From NCBI GenBank assembly GCA_965277805.1, contig OZ255842.1:544001-608000 (forward strand): DNA of 64,000 bases, given 5' to 3'. Numbering within the stretch: position 1 is the first letter of the stretch; every line of letters starts with the position of its first letter. The stretch is from Candidatus Lustribacter sp. Its GTDB lineage: Bacteria > Vulcanimicrobiota > Vulcanimicrobiia > Vulcanimicrobiales > Vulcanimicrobiaceae. Under the pieces are notes generated by a model, which worked only from the letters and a program-made list of their open reading frames with translations, made no database searches and was not told the DNA's origin. A program made the position numbers and the translations under genes. This document shows, piece by piece, positions 29,472-38,862 of this stretch.

Positions 29472-30095
29472 TTAGTACGGCGGGGTAAGCCCGTCTTTGC
29501 CGACTTGGATCGAGCTCGTCGTGAGGTTGCCGTCGGCGCCGGGAACTGCGCCGAAGATGAGGACGTGCGCCCCCACGGTGAGCGCGGACTTATCGGCGGG
29601 CTCGAAGGTAACGACGGGTACATTTGAGGGAACGAAGACCTTCTTCTCCGTGTCCTTGTATTTCACAATCATCGTCTGACCCGAAACCTTATCTACGGTC
29701 TCCGGCGCGATGGTCGTGACCGTGGCATTGGTCATCGAACTGTTGGGAAGCGAATCCCACTTTTGGCTGCCTTCGCCGGCTCCGCGACTCGCCTCGAGGA
29801 AAATCTGCACTTCGGTTGCGCGCAGCGAACCGTCCGGTTGCGCGATTGCAACCGTTCCGACGTAGGTGTTCGGCCCGATTTTCGATAGGTCCGATTTGAC
29901 GACGTATTGGATGCGCGCGTTGTCGGGTAGCGTGACCTTGTAGGACGATGCCGCACCCTGAATGGTTACCACGCCGCCGGCGAATGACGTAATCGTGCCG
30001 CGAACGCGGACGGGTGCGGGAGCTTGTGCAAACGCAGCCGCCCCAAAGGCGACCGTGAGCATCAAGGCTGAGAGAAGTGAAGCAATGCGAGACAT
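29472..30095 (-). CDS. Secreted beta-rich hypothetical protein (DUF5666-like)
   Basis: Signal peptide ending AFA-Q; SSMTNATV; C-terminal DGLTPPY. Confidence 0.75.
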   Translation of the reverse strand: MSRIASLLSALMLTVAFGAAAFAQAPAPVRVRGTITSFAGGVVTIQGAASSYKVTLPDNARIQYVVKSDLSKIGPNTYVGTVAIAQPDGSLRATEVQIFLEASRGAGEGSQKWDSLPNSSMTNATVTTIAPETVDKVSGQTMIVKYKDTEKKVFVPSNVPVVTFEPADKSALTVGAHVLIFGAVPGADGNLTTSSIQVGKDGLTPPY

Positions 30096-30175
30096 ACAAA
30101 TTTCCATTCTACGGCCGAGCGCGGAGCACTGCCGTTGACGCGATTGCTGTGAAAACCTGAGAAAAGACTGAAAGA

Positions 30176-30802
30176 TCAGCCGCGTTCCCCGAGCCACGCA
30201 GCGATATCGGCGATCTCACGGCGCGAAATGCTATGATCGATCGGGTAGGTATGCTCGCTGAGGTCGGCGCCGCTGCGATCGCGCAGATACTGTAGCGACT
30301 GCGCAATACGATCGGGCGGGATGACGCCGTCAAACGAACCGTGGGCCACGAAGACAGGCACGCCCGCAAGACGATCGGGCGTTGCCGTTCCGGTGTCGAC
30401 GGCGATCGAGCCGCTCAAGAGAACGGCGCCGGCAAGCCGTGCCGGGTCGTCGAGCAGCAGTGCAGCGGCCGTCATCATCCCTTGGCTGAAGCCGAGCACG
30501 AAGGTGCGCTTGCGGTCGTACTCGGCAGTCGCGGGGCTGTCGAGCCACGTGCGCAGCATGTCGACCGTGCTCTGTATGCTCGCGGGGACCGGGCGTCCGA
30601 TACCGCGATCTTCGAACCAGCGGTAGCCGCCTTCCGGCAGCGCGATGGGACCGCGCACGCTTGCGTAGGCAAACTCGCGCGGAAGTTCCGGCGCAAGATC
30701 GATCAGATCGTTCTCGTCCGCGCCACGCCCGTGCAGCAAAACCAGAAGCGGCGTAGAGTTGCTGCGCCTCGCGGGTCGGCGCCAGACGACGATGGGTTCC
30801 AT
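30176..30802 (-). CDS. Phospholipase/carboxylesterase family alpha/beta hydrolase
   Basis: LHGRG, GFSQG, HGSFD, DHSI; RBS AAGGAG. Confidence 0.9.
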   Translation of the reverse strand: MEPIVVWRRPARRSNSTPLLVLLHGRGADENDLIDLAPELPREFAYASVRGPIALPEGGYRWFEDRGIGRPVPASIQSTVDMLRTWLDSPATAEYDRKRTFVLGFSQGMMTAAALLLDDPARLAGAVLLSGSIAVDTGTATPDRLAGVPVFVAHGSFDGVIPPDRIAQSLQYLRDRSGADLSEHTYPIDHSISRREIADIAAWLGERG

Positions 30803-30856
30803 AGCGTCTCCTTCGCCCTCCGATCGGAAGACATCCCGTGGTAGCTGCTGGAGGCC

Positions 30857-30891
30857 TTGACACTTTGTGTCCTTGAACGATACATTGTATC
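30857..30891. promoter_or_regulatory. Divergent promoter region with two related palindromic operators
   Basis: TTGACA (30857) N18 TACATT; GACAC-TTT-GTGTC (30859-30871) and GATAC-ATT-GTATC (30879-30891). Confidence 0.65.
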
Positions 30892-30969
30892 ATCTCCACG
30901 TCTGCTCTGCCGAAGGGGAACACCTGTGATCGACCAGCTAGCCGGCAGGCTGGCCTTCGCCGAGGCCCA

Positions 30970-31536
30970 TTGAGCACGCCGGCCGCAAGCGCGCCAAGTG
31001 AGCTCGACGGCGTCGCCCGCCGCATTCATGCGATGCGCCGTCAGAGGAAATTTAGCTTGGACGATCTGGCCAAGCGCACCGGCCTGACCAAAAGCTTCCT
31101 CTCGAAGATCGAGCGCGGTGTCAGCATCCCGTCGATCGCAACCATCCTGAAGCTCGCGCAGGCGTTTGATGTCGATGTCGCTCATGTTTTCGGCCACGCC
31201 GTCGAAAGCGAGAGCATCTGCATCGAGCGAGCGCGCGCGTCGAAAAAGAGCGGCGGGCGCCTGAATCTCCTCCCGATCGCCGGTAAGCGGGCGCAGAAGA
31301 ACATGTCCCCGTTCATCATGTACCCCACCCCGGAAGGCGAGGAGCGCTTCAACGAACATGCTGGCGAGGAATTTCTCTATGTGCTGCGCGGGGAGATCGA
31401 GATGGAGTTCGCCGACCGCAAGGTGCGGCTGAAAGCCGGCGACAGTATTTATTTCGAAGGTCATCTCCTCCACCGCCAACGGTCGATCGGCGCCGACGCT
31501 GCGACCCTAATCGTTATCGAAGGGACGAATTCGTAA
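30970..31536 (+). CDS. XRE-family HTH regulator with cupin domain
   Basis: SLDDLAKRTGLTKSFLSKIERG; HAGEEFLYVLRG, GDSIYF. Confidence 0.9.
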   Translation: MSTPAASAPSELDGVARRIHAMRRQRKFSLDDLAKRTGLTKSFLSKIERGVSIPSIATILKLAQAFDVDVAHVFGHAVESESICIERARASKKSGGRLNLLPIAGKRAQKNMSPFIMYPTPEGEERFNEHAGEEFLYVLRGEIEMEFADRKVRLKAGDSIYFEGHLLHRQRSIGADAATLIVIEGTNS

Positions 31537-31747
31537 TGGGGCATCAGCTTGCTCACGACGTACGGAGCGTCACGCTTCGTCATCGCCGATCCGTCGGGCT
31601 GTGGCTGGTCCGCGCGATTGATGCCCCTCAGCGGCTAGAGCCGATGCGACCGTTTCTGATGGAACGCTCCCCGCAGATCGAGCCTACCGAGTATGCCGAC
31701 GATCGGGCTCGCGGAACGAGCTCGCCCTTGGACCTGGCGTTCTGGTA

Positions 31748-34168
31748 ATGATAAGCGCGCCGTTCGGCGATCTGCTCAAGCGACATCGGCTCGCGTCCGG
31801 CGAATCGCAGGAGAGCCTCGCGGAACGGGCTCGGATGAGCGCGGAAGCGATCAGCGCGTTGGAACGCGGTGTCCGCCGAGCGCCCTACCGCCAAACGGTC
31901 ACCACGCTCTCGAGTGCGCTCGGCCTCGCCCCCGCACAACAAGCGGAATTCGAAGTTGCCGCAGAGCGCGCACGACGTCGCGGATCTCGCTCCGACGAGC
32001 CCGCAGCAGGGCACAACTTGCCGGCGCGGCTGACGTCGTTTATTGGTCGTGATGATGAGATGGCGGAGCTCAGAACGCTTTTGTTGGCGCATCGCCTCGT
32101 AACGGTCACCGGCTCCGGCGGCGTCGGCAAGACCCGTATCGCCGTCGAAGCTGCGCGAGATCTTTTTAACGCGCGCTTTGCGGAAGCGCGGTTCGTCAAT
32201 GTCGCGCCGGTGGAGTCGGGCGCTTTCCTTGCCGCGACGATCGCGGCCGCGCTCGACGTTCCGCTGCCGGAGGTAGCCGAACCGCTGCATGCGCTTGCGC
32301 AGGGTCTAAAGACTCGGCGACTCGTGTTGATTCTCGATAACTGCGAGCATATCGTCGACGATGCTGCGGCTGCCGCCGTAACGATTCTGAGCGCTTGTCC
32401 AAATGTGACGATCTTGGCGACGAGTCGCGAGCGGCTGGCAGTCGAGGGTGAACGCGTCTATCGTCTGCCGTCCCTTCCCGTACCGGATGGCACTCCCGCG
32501 ACGATCGAGGAAGCGTGCACTTACGCGTCGTTTCGCCTGTTCGTTGAACGCGCGTCGTTGAGTGGTGCTCACTGGGTGCCGACCGCGACGAGCCTGAGGG
32601 CCGGTGCCGAAATCTGCCGGCGACTCGAAGGGATTCCGCTAGCGCTCGAGCTTGCGGCAACGCGACTCGCGGTCCTCGGTCTTGAAGCGCTCAACGATCG
32701 CCTCAAGGGACACTTCCTGACTACATCCGGTACGCGCGACCTCCCACAGCGTCAACAAACCATGCTGGCCACGATTGCCTGGAGCTACGATCTGTTGAGT
32801 TCGCAAGAGCAGAACCTGCTGCAACGGCTAGCGGTATTTCGCGGCGGAAGCACGTTAGCGGCGGCGGCTGCCGTTTGCGACGATCGCATCGTCTCCGCTG
32901 AAGATGTTCCGGACCTGGTTGCCGCCCTCGTCGGCAAGTCGCTGCTCTTTCCCATGATCGGCGAACCGGGGAGGTTCGTCATGCTCGAATCCGTTCGGGA
33001 ATTTGCGCTCGGCAAGCTGCACGAAGCGGGGGCATTCGATTCGGCGGCAAGGGCGCATGCTCTGTGGTTGGCAACGGTGGCCGACCGTGCGCACGAACTC
33101 TGGCTGGAGATCTCGCAGGAGCAATGGTGGGCTGAGTTCGCGCCCGAGCTAGACAACGTGCGCGCTGCGCTCGAGTGGTGTCTCAATAGCGATGCTGAGG
33201 GGGACATGCTCCTTGCCGGACGCATCTTGGGCGGCTTGCGCACGTTGTGGCTGCGCCGCAGCTGGCACGCTGAGTGTAACGCCTGGTGCACGGCTATTCT
33301 GCAGCGATTGGACGTCGAGCAGCATCCGATCGTCGCAGCTCGCGTTATGCGCGCTGAATTTCAATCGGCGCGAGGGGAGTCCAAGTTAGAAGCCGGCCGG
33401 CGGGCAATTCCGGTTTTCGAACAGATCGATGACCGCCGAGGCCTTACCTTGCTCTACGCAACGATGGCAGTGGATTTCGGTCGCTTCGAAGCGCTCAATG
33501 AGGCGGATCAGTTCATTTCGAAAGCCTTTGCGCTCGCTCGTCAAGAGAAGCTTCAAGGAACGTATGACTACGTTATTCTGCTCGAATTCCGTTGCCGGGT
33601 GCATCTACGGTTGGGACGGCTTCGGGCTGCCCGCGCCGATCTGACCAACGCAAAGCGAATTCGAATCACGATCGGGGAGAGAATTGACGCCCGAATACAA
33701 TTGACGTTGGAAGGGCTGGTCGAACTTGCAGAAGGCAATGTCCGGCGATCGGTGGAGCTCTTCAAAGCCTCCGTGGCCCAAGGTCTCCAGACCTCAAAAG
33801 CGCTAACGGAATCGCACGTTGCGCTGTGCGTTGCCCACCTCTTGCTCGCCGATATGGAAGCCGCGGAGAGCGGTGTACTGGAGGTTATGGAGTTGTCGCG
33901 CAACGCTCCATTTGACGTGATGAGTGCGGTGCTCTTGCGCGCCATGGTTCTGGCCGTTCGAGGCCGGCCGAGTGAGGCCGCTCGCTTCTTCGGTTTCGTT
34001 AAAGCAAACGGCCCTTGGGAGCTGCGTTCGCAGGCGGTGCTTCCTGGTGTGGACATCCTTACGAGGTCTCTGAACGAGCAGCTCCCGCCCGAAACGCTTG
34101 CCGAATTGATGGCCGAAGGGGCAGAGCTCGATGCGGATCGAGCTCTTGAAGAAGCCCTCGCCGGCTAG
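31748..34168 (+). CDS. XRE-HTH + P-loop NTPase (NB-ARC-like) + TPR-like regulator
   Basis: SQESLAERA...ERG; GSGGVGKT, LILDNCEH, GIPLALELAA. Confidence 0.88.
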   Translation: MISAPFGDLLKRHRLASGESQESLAERARMSAEAISALERGVRRAPYRQTVTTLSSALGLAPAQQAEFEVAAERARRRGSRSDEPAAGHNLPARLTSFIGRDDEMAELRTLLLAHRLVTVTGSGGVGKTRIAVEAARDLFNARFAEARFVNVAPVESGAFLAATIAAALDVPLPEVAEPLHALAQGLKTRRLVLILDNCEHIVDDAAAAAVTILSACPNVTILATSRERLAVEGERVYRLPSLPVPDGTPATIEEACTYASFRLFVERASLSGAHWVPTATSLRAGAEICRRLEGIPLALELAATRLAVLGLEALNDRLKGHFLTTSGTRDLPQRQQTMLATIAWSYDLLSSQEQNLLQRLAVFRGGSTLAAAAAVCDDRIVSAEDVPDLVAALVGKSLLFPMIGEPGRFVMLESVREFALGKLHEAGAFDSAARAHALWLATVADRAHELWLEISQEQWWAEFAPELDNVRAALEWCLNSDAEGDMLLAGRILGGLRTLWLRRSWHAECNAWCTAILQRLDVEQHPIVAARVMRAEFQSARGESKLEAGRRAIPVFEQIDDRRGLTLLYATMAVDFGRFEALNEADQFISKAFALARQEKLQGTYDYVILLEFRCRVHLRLGRLRAARADLTNAKRIRITIGERIDARIQLTLEGLVELAEGNVRRSVELFKASVAQGLQTSKALTESHVALCVAHLLLADMEAAESGVLEVMELSRNAPFDVMSAVLLRAMVLAVRGRPSEAARFFGFVKANGPWELRSQAVLPGVDILTRSLNEQLPPETLAELMAEGAELDADRALEEALAG

Positions 34169-34974
34169 TGCGAAATCGTCTTAATTGCGTCTTCGATCGC
34201 GGCTACGGTGACTTCCGGATGCGCGATCATACTCGGATGGTCTCCGCCGGGAACGTGGTAGATTTTCGACTTAGCGCGTGTCGCGAATTTGAGCTGAATG
34301 GGTGGCGGAATGACTTTATCGGCATCGCCGATCACATACCAAGAGGGAATCGTCTTCCAACCCTCCGCATCCGGCGCTTTGTCCGTGAACGCGCGGAGGG
34401 TGAACGGCCGCTGGGTAGCAGCTAACCGAGCCGCCACATTCGCCGGTTCCGCCGACGCGAACACGAGCCCGAAGTATTTGGAATTGACGTACGTATCGGT
34501 ATCGGCACCGTCAGGCGTCTTAAGCGTAATCAAGAAATCCGCCGGCGCCGGCGGCGCGCTCGCGAGTTCTGATTGACACGATTCACCGCCGGCCGGCGCG
34601 AATGCATCGACGTAGACCAGCGCCTTCACATTTGGTGAGTTGGCCGAGGCGACGCTGATCACGGAACCGCCATACGAGTGGCCTACGAGAACGACGCGAC
34701 CGGGTATGGTTTTGAGGTAGGTCGAGATCACCGCCGCATCGGAGGCCAAACTGCGAAGCGTATTGGGCAGCGCGGTGACGGCATAGCCGTCCTTGAGCAG
34801 CAAGTCCACGACGCCGTTCCAGCTAGAAGAGTCCGCCCACGCACCGTGGACGAGGACGATCGTCGGCTTCACGGTTTGTGCTGACGCACCGCTTGAAGCG
34901 AGACCGAGCGTCGAGGCGAATCCGACCGTGCAGGCGAGCGCCGATAGCCGGGATAGAGTGCCGGTGAGTTTCAT
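34165..34974 (-). CDS. Secreted alpha/beta hydrolase
   Basis: Signal peptide; VHGAWAD, GHSYGG, DKVI, DHPS. Confidence 0.9.
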   Translation of the reverse strand: MKLTGTLSRLSALACTVGFASTLGLASSGASAQTVKPTIVLVHGAWADSSSWNGVVDLLLKDGYAVTALPNTLRSLASDAAVISTYLKTIPGRVVLVGHSYGGSVISVASANSPNVKALVYVDAFAPAGGESCQSELASAPPAPADFLITLKTPDGADTDTYVNSKYFGLVFASAEPANVAARLAATQRPFTLRAFTDKAPDAEGWKTIPSWYVIGDADKVIPPPIQLKFATRAKSKIYHVPGGDHPSMIAHPEVTVAAIEDAIKTISH

Positions 34975-35025
34975 TTATGTGAAATCCTTACGCCATTGCG
35001 GCAGCATTGCAGATGAGTGCGGGAA

Positions 35026-35454
35026 CTAGCGCGATGCTAGCTCAGAATGGGTTGATGCCCAAGCGACAATTTTGTTATTTGCGGACTGCGGTTGCGTTGC
35101 GGCTCGGTATTGCCCCGGAGTAATGCCGGCATAGCGTACGAACTGACGCGTAAAGTAGCTGAGGTCGCTAAAGCCCGCGACTTCGCAGGCGCGCGCAACG
35201 GTGACGTCGCCGCTGCCGAGAAGACGTTGTGCCGCAATGACGCGGCGTCTGATGATCCACGCCGTAACGGGCAGCCCCGTCGATCGGCGGATGGTCGTCG
35301 TGAGATGGCTTGCGGAATAGCCGACGGCTGCCGCCACGTGGCGCAGACTGATCGCCTCTGAAAAGTGAAGTTCGATGAATTCCGCGACCCGTTCGTTAAT
35401 CGATGAATCGCCGCGCGCCGTGGTCCAGGTGTGAACGTCGAAAGTTGTTTGCAT
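35026..35454 (-). CDS. Stand-alone AraC-type DNA-binding domain protein
   Basis: GFSDLSYFTRQF...GITPGQYR; no sensor domain. Confidence 0.82.
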   Translation of the reverse strand: MQTTFDVHTWTTARGDSSINERVAEFIELHFSEAISLRHVAAAVGYSASHLTTTIRRSTGLPVTAWIIRRRVIAAQRLLGSGDVTVARACEVAGFSDLSYFTRQFVRYAGITPGQYRAATQPQSANNKIVAWASTHSELASR

Positions 35455-35554
35455 CTTGGAGCAATAGTAGACGGCGGGCGCGGAGCCGGCCACGAACGAT
35501 TCGTACACATACCCCGTACACTTGCGACGGCGATTAGGCGGCACGGTTCCTGAG

Positions 35555-35590
35555 AAAAAAGCAGCGGCGCTGACTTCAGGCCGCTGCTTT
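35555..35590 (-). terminator. Intrinsic terminator
   Basis: AAAAAA-GCAGCGGC...GCCGCTGC-TTT downstream of the 35616-35936 gene. Confidence 0.75.
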
Positions 35591-35615
35591 CCGTATCAAC
35601 CCAAATCGGCGATCG

Positions 35616-35936
35616 TTAGTTGTTGGGATTCCCGTTATAGCCCGGGTAACGGGGCTCGAGGCGAAGTTCGTCCATAATGACGGTCATTGCAAACTGCGCC
35701 TTTGCCTTTTGCTGGGCGGTCATGTCTGCCATCGCGGCCGCCATCGCGCTGCGGATTTTGGCAACATTCACGGGGTGGCACAGAACCCGTGTATTTCGAA
35801 GCGTGGCATTCGGAGTTTCGTTCGTCTTCGCCGGTCGGCAAACGATGGGCCCGGTGACGGGCGCGGTCTGGGCAATCGCTAGCGCGGGAAGGCTCGAGGC
35901 GGCCGCGATTGCGGCCATGAGAATGAAGCGTTTCAT
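35616..35936 (-). CDS. Small secreted protein with a Cys pair
   Basis: Signal peptide ending AIA-Q; two Cys; RBS GGAG; followed by a terminator. Confidence 0.75.
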   Translation of the reverse strand: MKRFILMAAIAAASSLPALAIAQTAPVTGPIVCRPAKTNETPNATLRNTRVLCHPVNVAKIRSAMAAAMADMTAQQKAKAQFAMTVIMDELRLEPRYPGYNGNPNN

Positions 35937-36090
35937 GATGATTCTCCCAAGATGGAAAGCGGCAGGGATATGACGGCATTCTAGGGCGGGGAGGCGAGAG
36001 AAGTAAGCGACGATTTTTCGCCGGACCCAATGATTTCACAAAGATCTTCGCATTGTTGTCAGCGGCGAAGGGGCTAACGTTGGCGAAGTC

Positions 36091-36760
36091 ATGTTTGATC
36101 TAAATCTCAACGGCAGGACCGCCGTCATCTCGGGATCCGCGGCCGGGATCGGCTTCGCCGCCGCGAGCGCGCTTACGGCGCTCGGCGCGCGTCCGAACGA
36201 AGTGTTCGTGCGTGCCCGATGCCGATATCCTGATCAACAACCCCGCCATCTTCGCGCCGCAGCCGTTCGAAGAAATATCCGACCTCGATTGGTTGCGGTT
36301 TCGGTCGAACGTGCTCAGCGGCGCAAGACTAACGCGCGCCTATCTAGCAGGTAGGCGGGGACGTAATTGGGGCCGCGTCATTTCGCCTCGAGCGAATCGA
36401 GGGTGCAGATTCCTCTCGAGGTGATCCATCACGGTGTCACCAAGACGGCGCAGATCGCGCTGGCCCGCGGTCTGGCCGAATCGGTTGCCGGGAGGGGTAT
36501 TACCGTCAATAGCGTCCTTCCCGCGCCCAAGCGTTCCGAAGGCCTTGGAACCTTCGTGCAGCAATTGGTCGAGCACGAGGGCATCAGCGGGGCGGAGATG
36601 GAGAAGCGCTTCTTCGAGACAGGCCGTCCGTCGCGTTCATCAAGCGGTTCCTCACGAGGGACGAGGTCGCAAACGCCATCGCATACTTGTTTAGGCCGGC
36701 TGCGTCGTGAACGACCGGATCGGCAATGCGCGTTGACGGCGGCACCGTTTCGCAGCATCC
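36091..36760 (+). pseudogene. Degraded SDR-family oxidoreductase
   Basis: SDR segments spread over several frames: GSAAGIG / DILINN...WGRVI / HGVTK...TVNSVLP / MRVDGG; internal deletion; catalytic Tyr replaced by His. Confidence 0.85.
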
Positions 36761-36761
36761 C

Positions 36762-38021
36762 CTATCCTTCACGCCGGTGCGCGACCGGTTCCTCGACGAA
36801 TGCGACGCCGCGGCGTTCCGGTCCGATGATCGTCAGCACGAAGACGGCGACGAAGACGCCGATCATGATCGTCATCAGCGCCTGCGCATAATTCGCGCCG
36901 CCGCTCGGCGTTTGGAGCGTGGCGGCGTACGCGGCTTCGATCTGCGCCGAACCGGCGGAGATCAGGTTGCCGAGCTGGTAGGTGAAGCCGGGGAACGTTC
37001 CGCGCACGTCGCCGGGTGAGAGCTCGTTCAAGTGGGCGGGAATCACGCCCCACGCGCCTTGCACGAAGAACTGCATGAGGAAGCCGCCGACGGCGAGCAA
37101 CGCCGTGCTCGGCGCGTTCAGCCACAGCGGAATCGTCGCGGCGCCCAAAATGCACGCGAGCAGTATCGTACGTTTGCGGCCGAGCCGTTGCGAGAGGCCG
37201 CCGAAGAGCGTGCCGCCACAGATCGCGCCGATGTTGACGATGATCGTCACCAGCGCCACCGTGTGCGGATCGAATTGGCGCTGCTTGGTCAGGAACGTCG
37301 GATAGAGATCCTGGGAGCCGTGCGAGAGAAAGTTGAACGACGCCATCAGCAAGATCGCGTAGATGTAGAGGATCGGCTGTTTGAGGAACGAGGTCCAAAG
37401 GTTCAGCCGCTCGCCGATCGGTTTCGCCTGTCCGGCGCGCCACGACGGCGATTCTTCGACTTGCGAGCGGATATAGAGCACCAGCAGCGCCGGCAGCGCG
37501 CCGACGATGAACATGCCGCGCCACCCGATCGCTTCAAAGAACAAGCCGAACACCGCCGCCGCGATCAGATAGCCGGTCGCATAGCCTTGCTGCAAGATGC
37601 CCGACGCAACGCCGCGCGCTTTGGCCGGCAGCGTTTCCAGGGCGAGCGCCGCGCCCACGCCCCACTCGCCGCCCATCGCAATGCCGTAGAGGCCGCGTAA
37701 CACGATGAAGATCGTGAAGTTCGGGGAGAACGCGGTGGCAAATTCGATGATCGAGTAGATCAGCACCGAGGCCATCAGCGGACCGCGCCGGCCATACTTG
37801 TCGGCAAACATGCCGAAGATCAGCGCCCCGAGCGGTCGCAGCATCAGCGTGATCGTGATGGCGAACGCGACCTCGGGGATCGCGCGGTTGAAATCCGTCG
37901 CGATGCGCACGACGACGAAGGTGACGAGAAAGAAGTCGAACGCGTCGAGCGTCCAGCCGAGGAACGCCGCGATGAACGCGCGCCACTGTTTTCCGTCGAG
38001 CTCTCGGAGCGGAGCAAACAT
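36762..38021 (-). CDS. MFS carboxylate transporter (SHS/Jen1/NanT-like)
   Basis: GWTLDAFDFF, MGGEWG, NFLSHGSQDLYPT. Confidence 0.92.
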   Translation of the reverse strand: MFAPLRELDGKQWRAFIAAFLGWTLDAFDFFLVTFVVVRIATDFNRAIPEVAFAITITLMLRPLGALIFGMFADKYGRRGPLMASVLIYSIIEFATAFSPNFTIFIVLRGLYGIAMGGEWGVGAALALETLPAKARGVASGILQQGYATGYLIAAAVFGLFFEAIGWRGMFIVGALPALLVLYIRSQVEESPSWRAGQAKPIGERLNLWTSFLKQPILYIYAILLMASFNFLSHGSQDLYPTFLTKQRQFDPHTVALVTIIVNIGAICGGTLFGGLSQRLGRKRTILLACILGAATIPLWLNAPSTALLAVGGFLMQFFVQGAWGVIPAHLNELSPGDVRGTFPGFTYQLGNLISAGSAQIEAAYAATLQTPSGGANYAQALMTIMIGVFVAVFVLTIIGPERRGVAFVEEPVAHRREG

Positions 38022-38068
38022 GCACGAACCCTCCCCTGCGGCCCTGCCTCGCAGCCGGCGAAAAGGCC

Positions 38069-38098
38069 TTGACATGTGACTAAATGGTCACATATAAT
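38069..38098 (+). promoter_or_regulatory. Consensus sigma70 promoter with an internal palindromic operator
   Basis: TTGACA (38069) N18 TATAAT (38093); ATGTGAC-N6-GTCACAT at 38074-38093; ATG 6 nt after the -10. Confidence 0.85.
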
Positions 38099-38104
38099 CG
38101 GCTC

Positions 38105-38857
38105 ATGGACGAAGTGTTCCGGGCCCTCGCGGACCCGACGCGCCGCAGCCTGCTGGACGAGCTCTTTAAAGAAGACGGCCAGACCCTCAGCGCCCTCGAG
38201 GCGCGCCTGACGATGTCGCGCTTCGGCGTCATGAAGCACCTGCGCGTGCTCGAAGACGCGGGCCTCGTCGTATCGCGCCGGCGCGGGCGCGAGAAGCTGC
38301 ACTTCCTCAACGCCGTTCCGATCCGCCTCATCCACGATCGGTGGGTGAGCAAATACGCCGCGCCGTTTGCCGCTGCGCTGAGCGACCTCAAGACCGATTT
38401 GGAGAAGACCGTGGAAAAAGTATTCGAGATCTATATCAAGACGACGCCCGACCGGCTATGGCAAGCGATCGTCGATCCCGAGCTGCGCGCGAAGTATTCG
38501 TTCGGACTCGGCGTCTATTCCGATTGGAAACCCGGCTCGAGCTACGAAGCGCGCAGCCCGAAAGCGCCGATGGCGATCGTCGAGGGCGAGAACGTCGAGG
38601 TCGATCCGCCGCGCAAGCTCGTGCAGACGTTTCGCGCGCTGTGGAGCGATGCGGTGAAGAGCGAAGGCAACACACGCGTCACGTGGGAGATCGAACCGGT
38701 CGCGGACTCGTGCCGGCTCACCGTCATTCACGATCAGCTGCGCGAAAACGCGAAGCCCGAAATGTACGGCGGCTGGCCGATGATTCTCTCCGGCTTGAAA
38801 ACACTGCTGGAAACCGGCGAGCTACTCACGACGCCGGGTTCATTGATGTATACGTGA
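38105..38857 (+). CDS. ArsR-family regulator fused to an SRPBCC (AHSA1-like) domain
   Basis: FRALADPTRR, KHLRVLEDAGLV; VDPPRKLVQTF, GGWPMILSGLKTLLE. Confidence 0.92.
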   Translation: MDEVFRALADPTRRSLLDELFKEDGQTLSALEARLTMSRFGVMKHLRVLEDAGLVVSRRRGREKLHFLNAVPIRLIHDRWVSKYAAPFAAALSDLKTDLEKTVEKVFEIYIKTTPDRLWQAIVDPELRAKYSFGLGVYSDWKPGSSYEARSPKAPMAIVEGENVEVDPPRKLVQTFRALWSDAVKSEGNTRVTWEIEPVADSCRLTVIHDQLRENAKPEMYGGWPMILSGLKTLLETGELLTTPGSLMYT

Positions 38858-38862
38858 CCATA

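Noticed and set aside
31536-31748. 70-aa ORF bridging two regulators
   Set aside because: No motif and atypical composition; more likely intergenic, though not excluded
31748-34168. Avs-type antiphage STAND system
   Set aside because: The N-terminus is an XRE HTH rather than a toxic effector; the architecture fits a transcriptional regulator
36091-36760. Programmed frameshifting in the SDR
   Set aside because: Multiple frameshifts, a deletion and loss of the catalytic Tyr indicate decay
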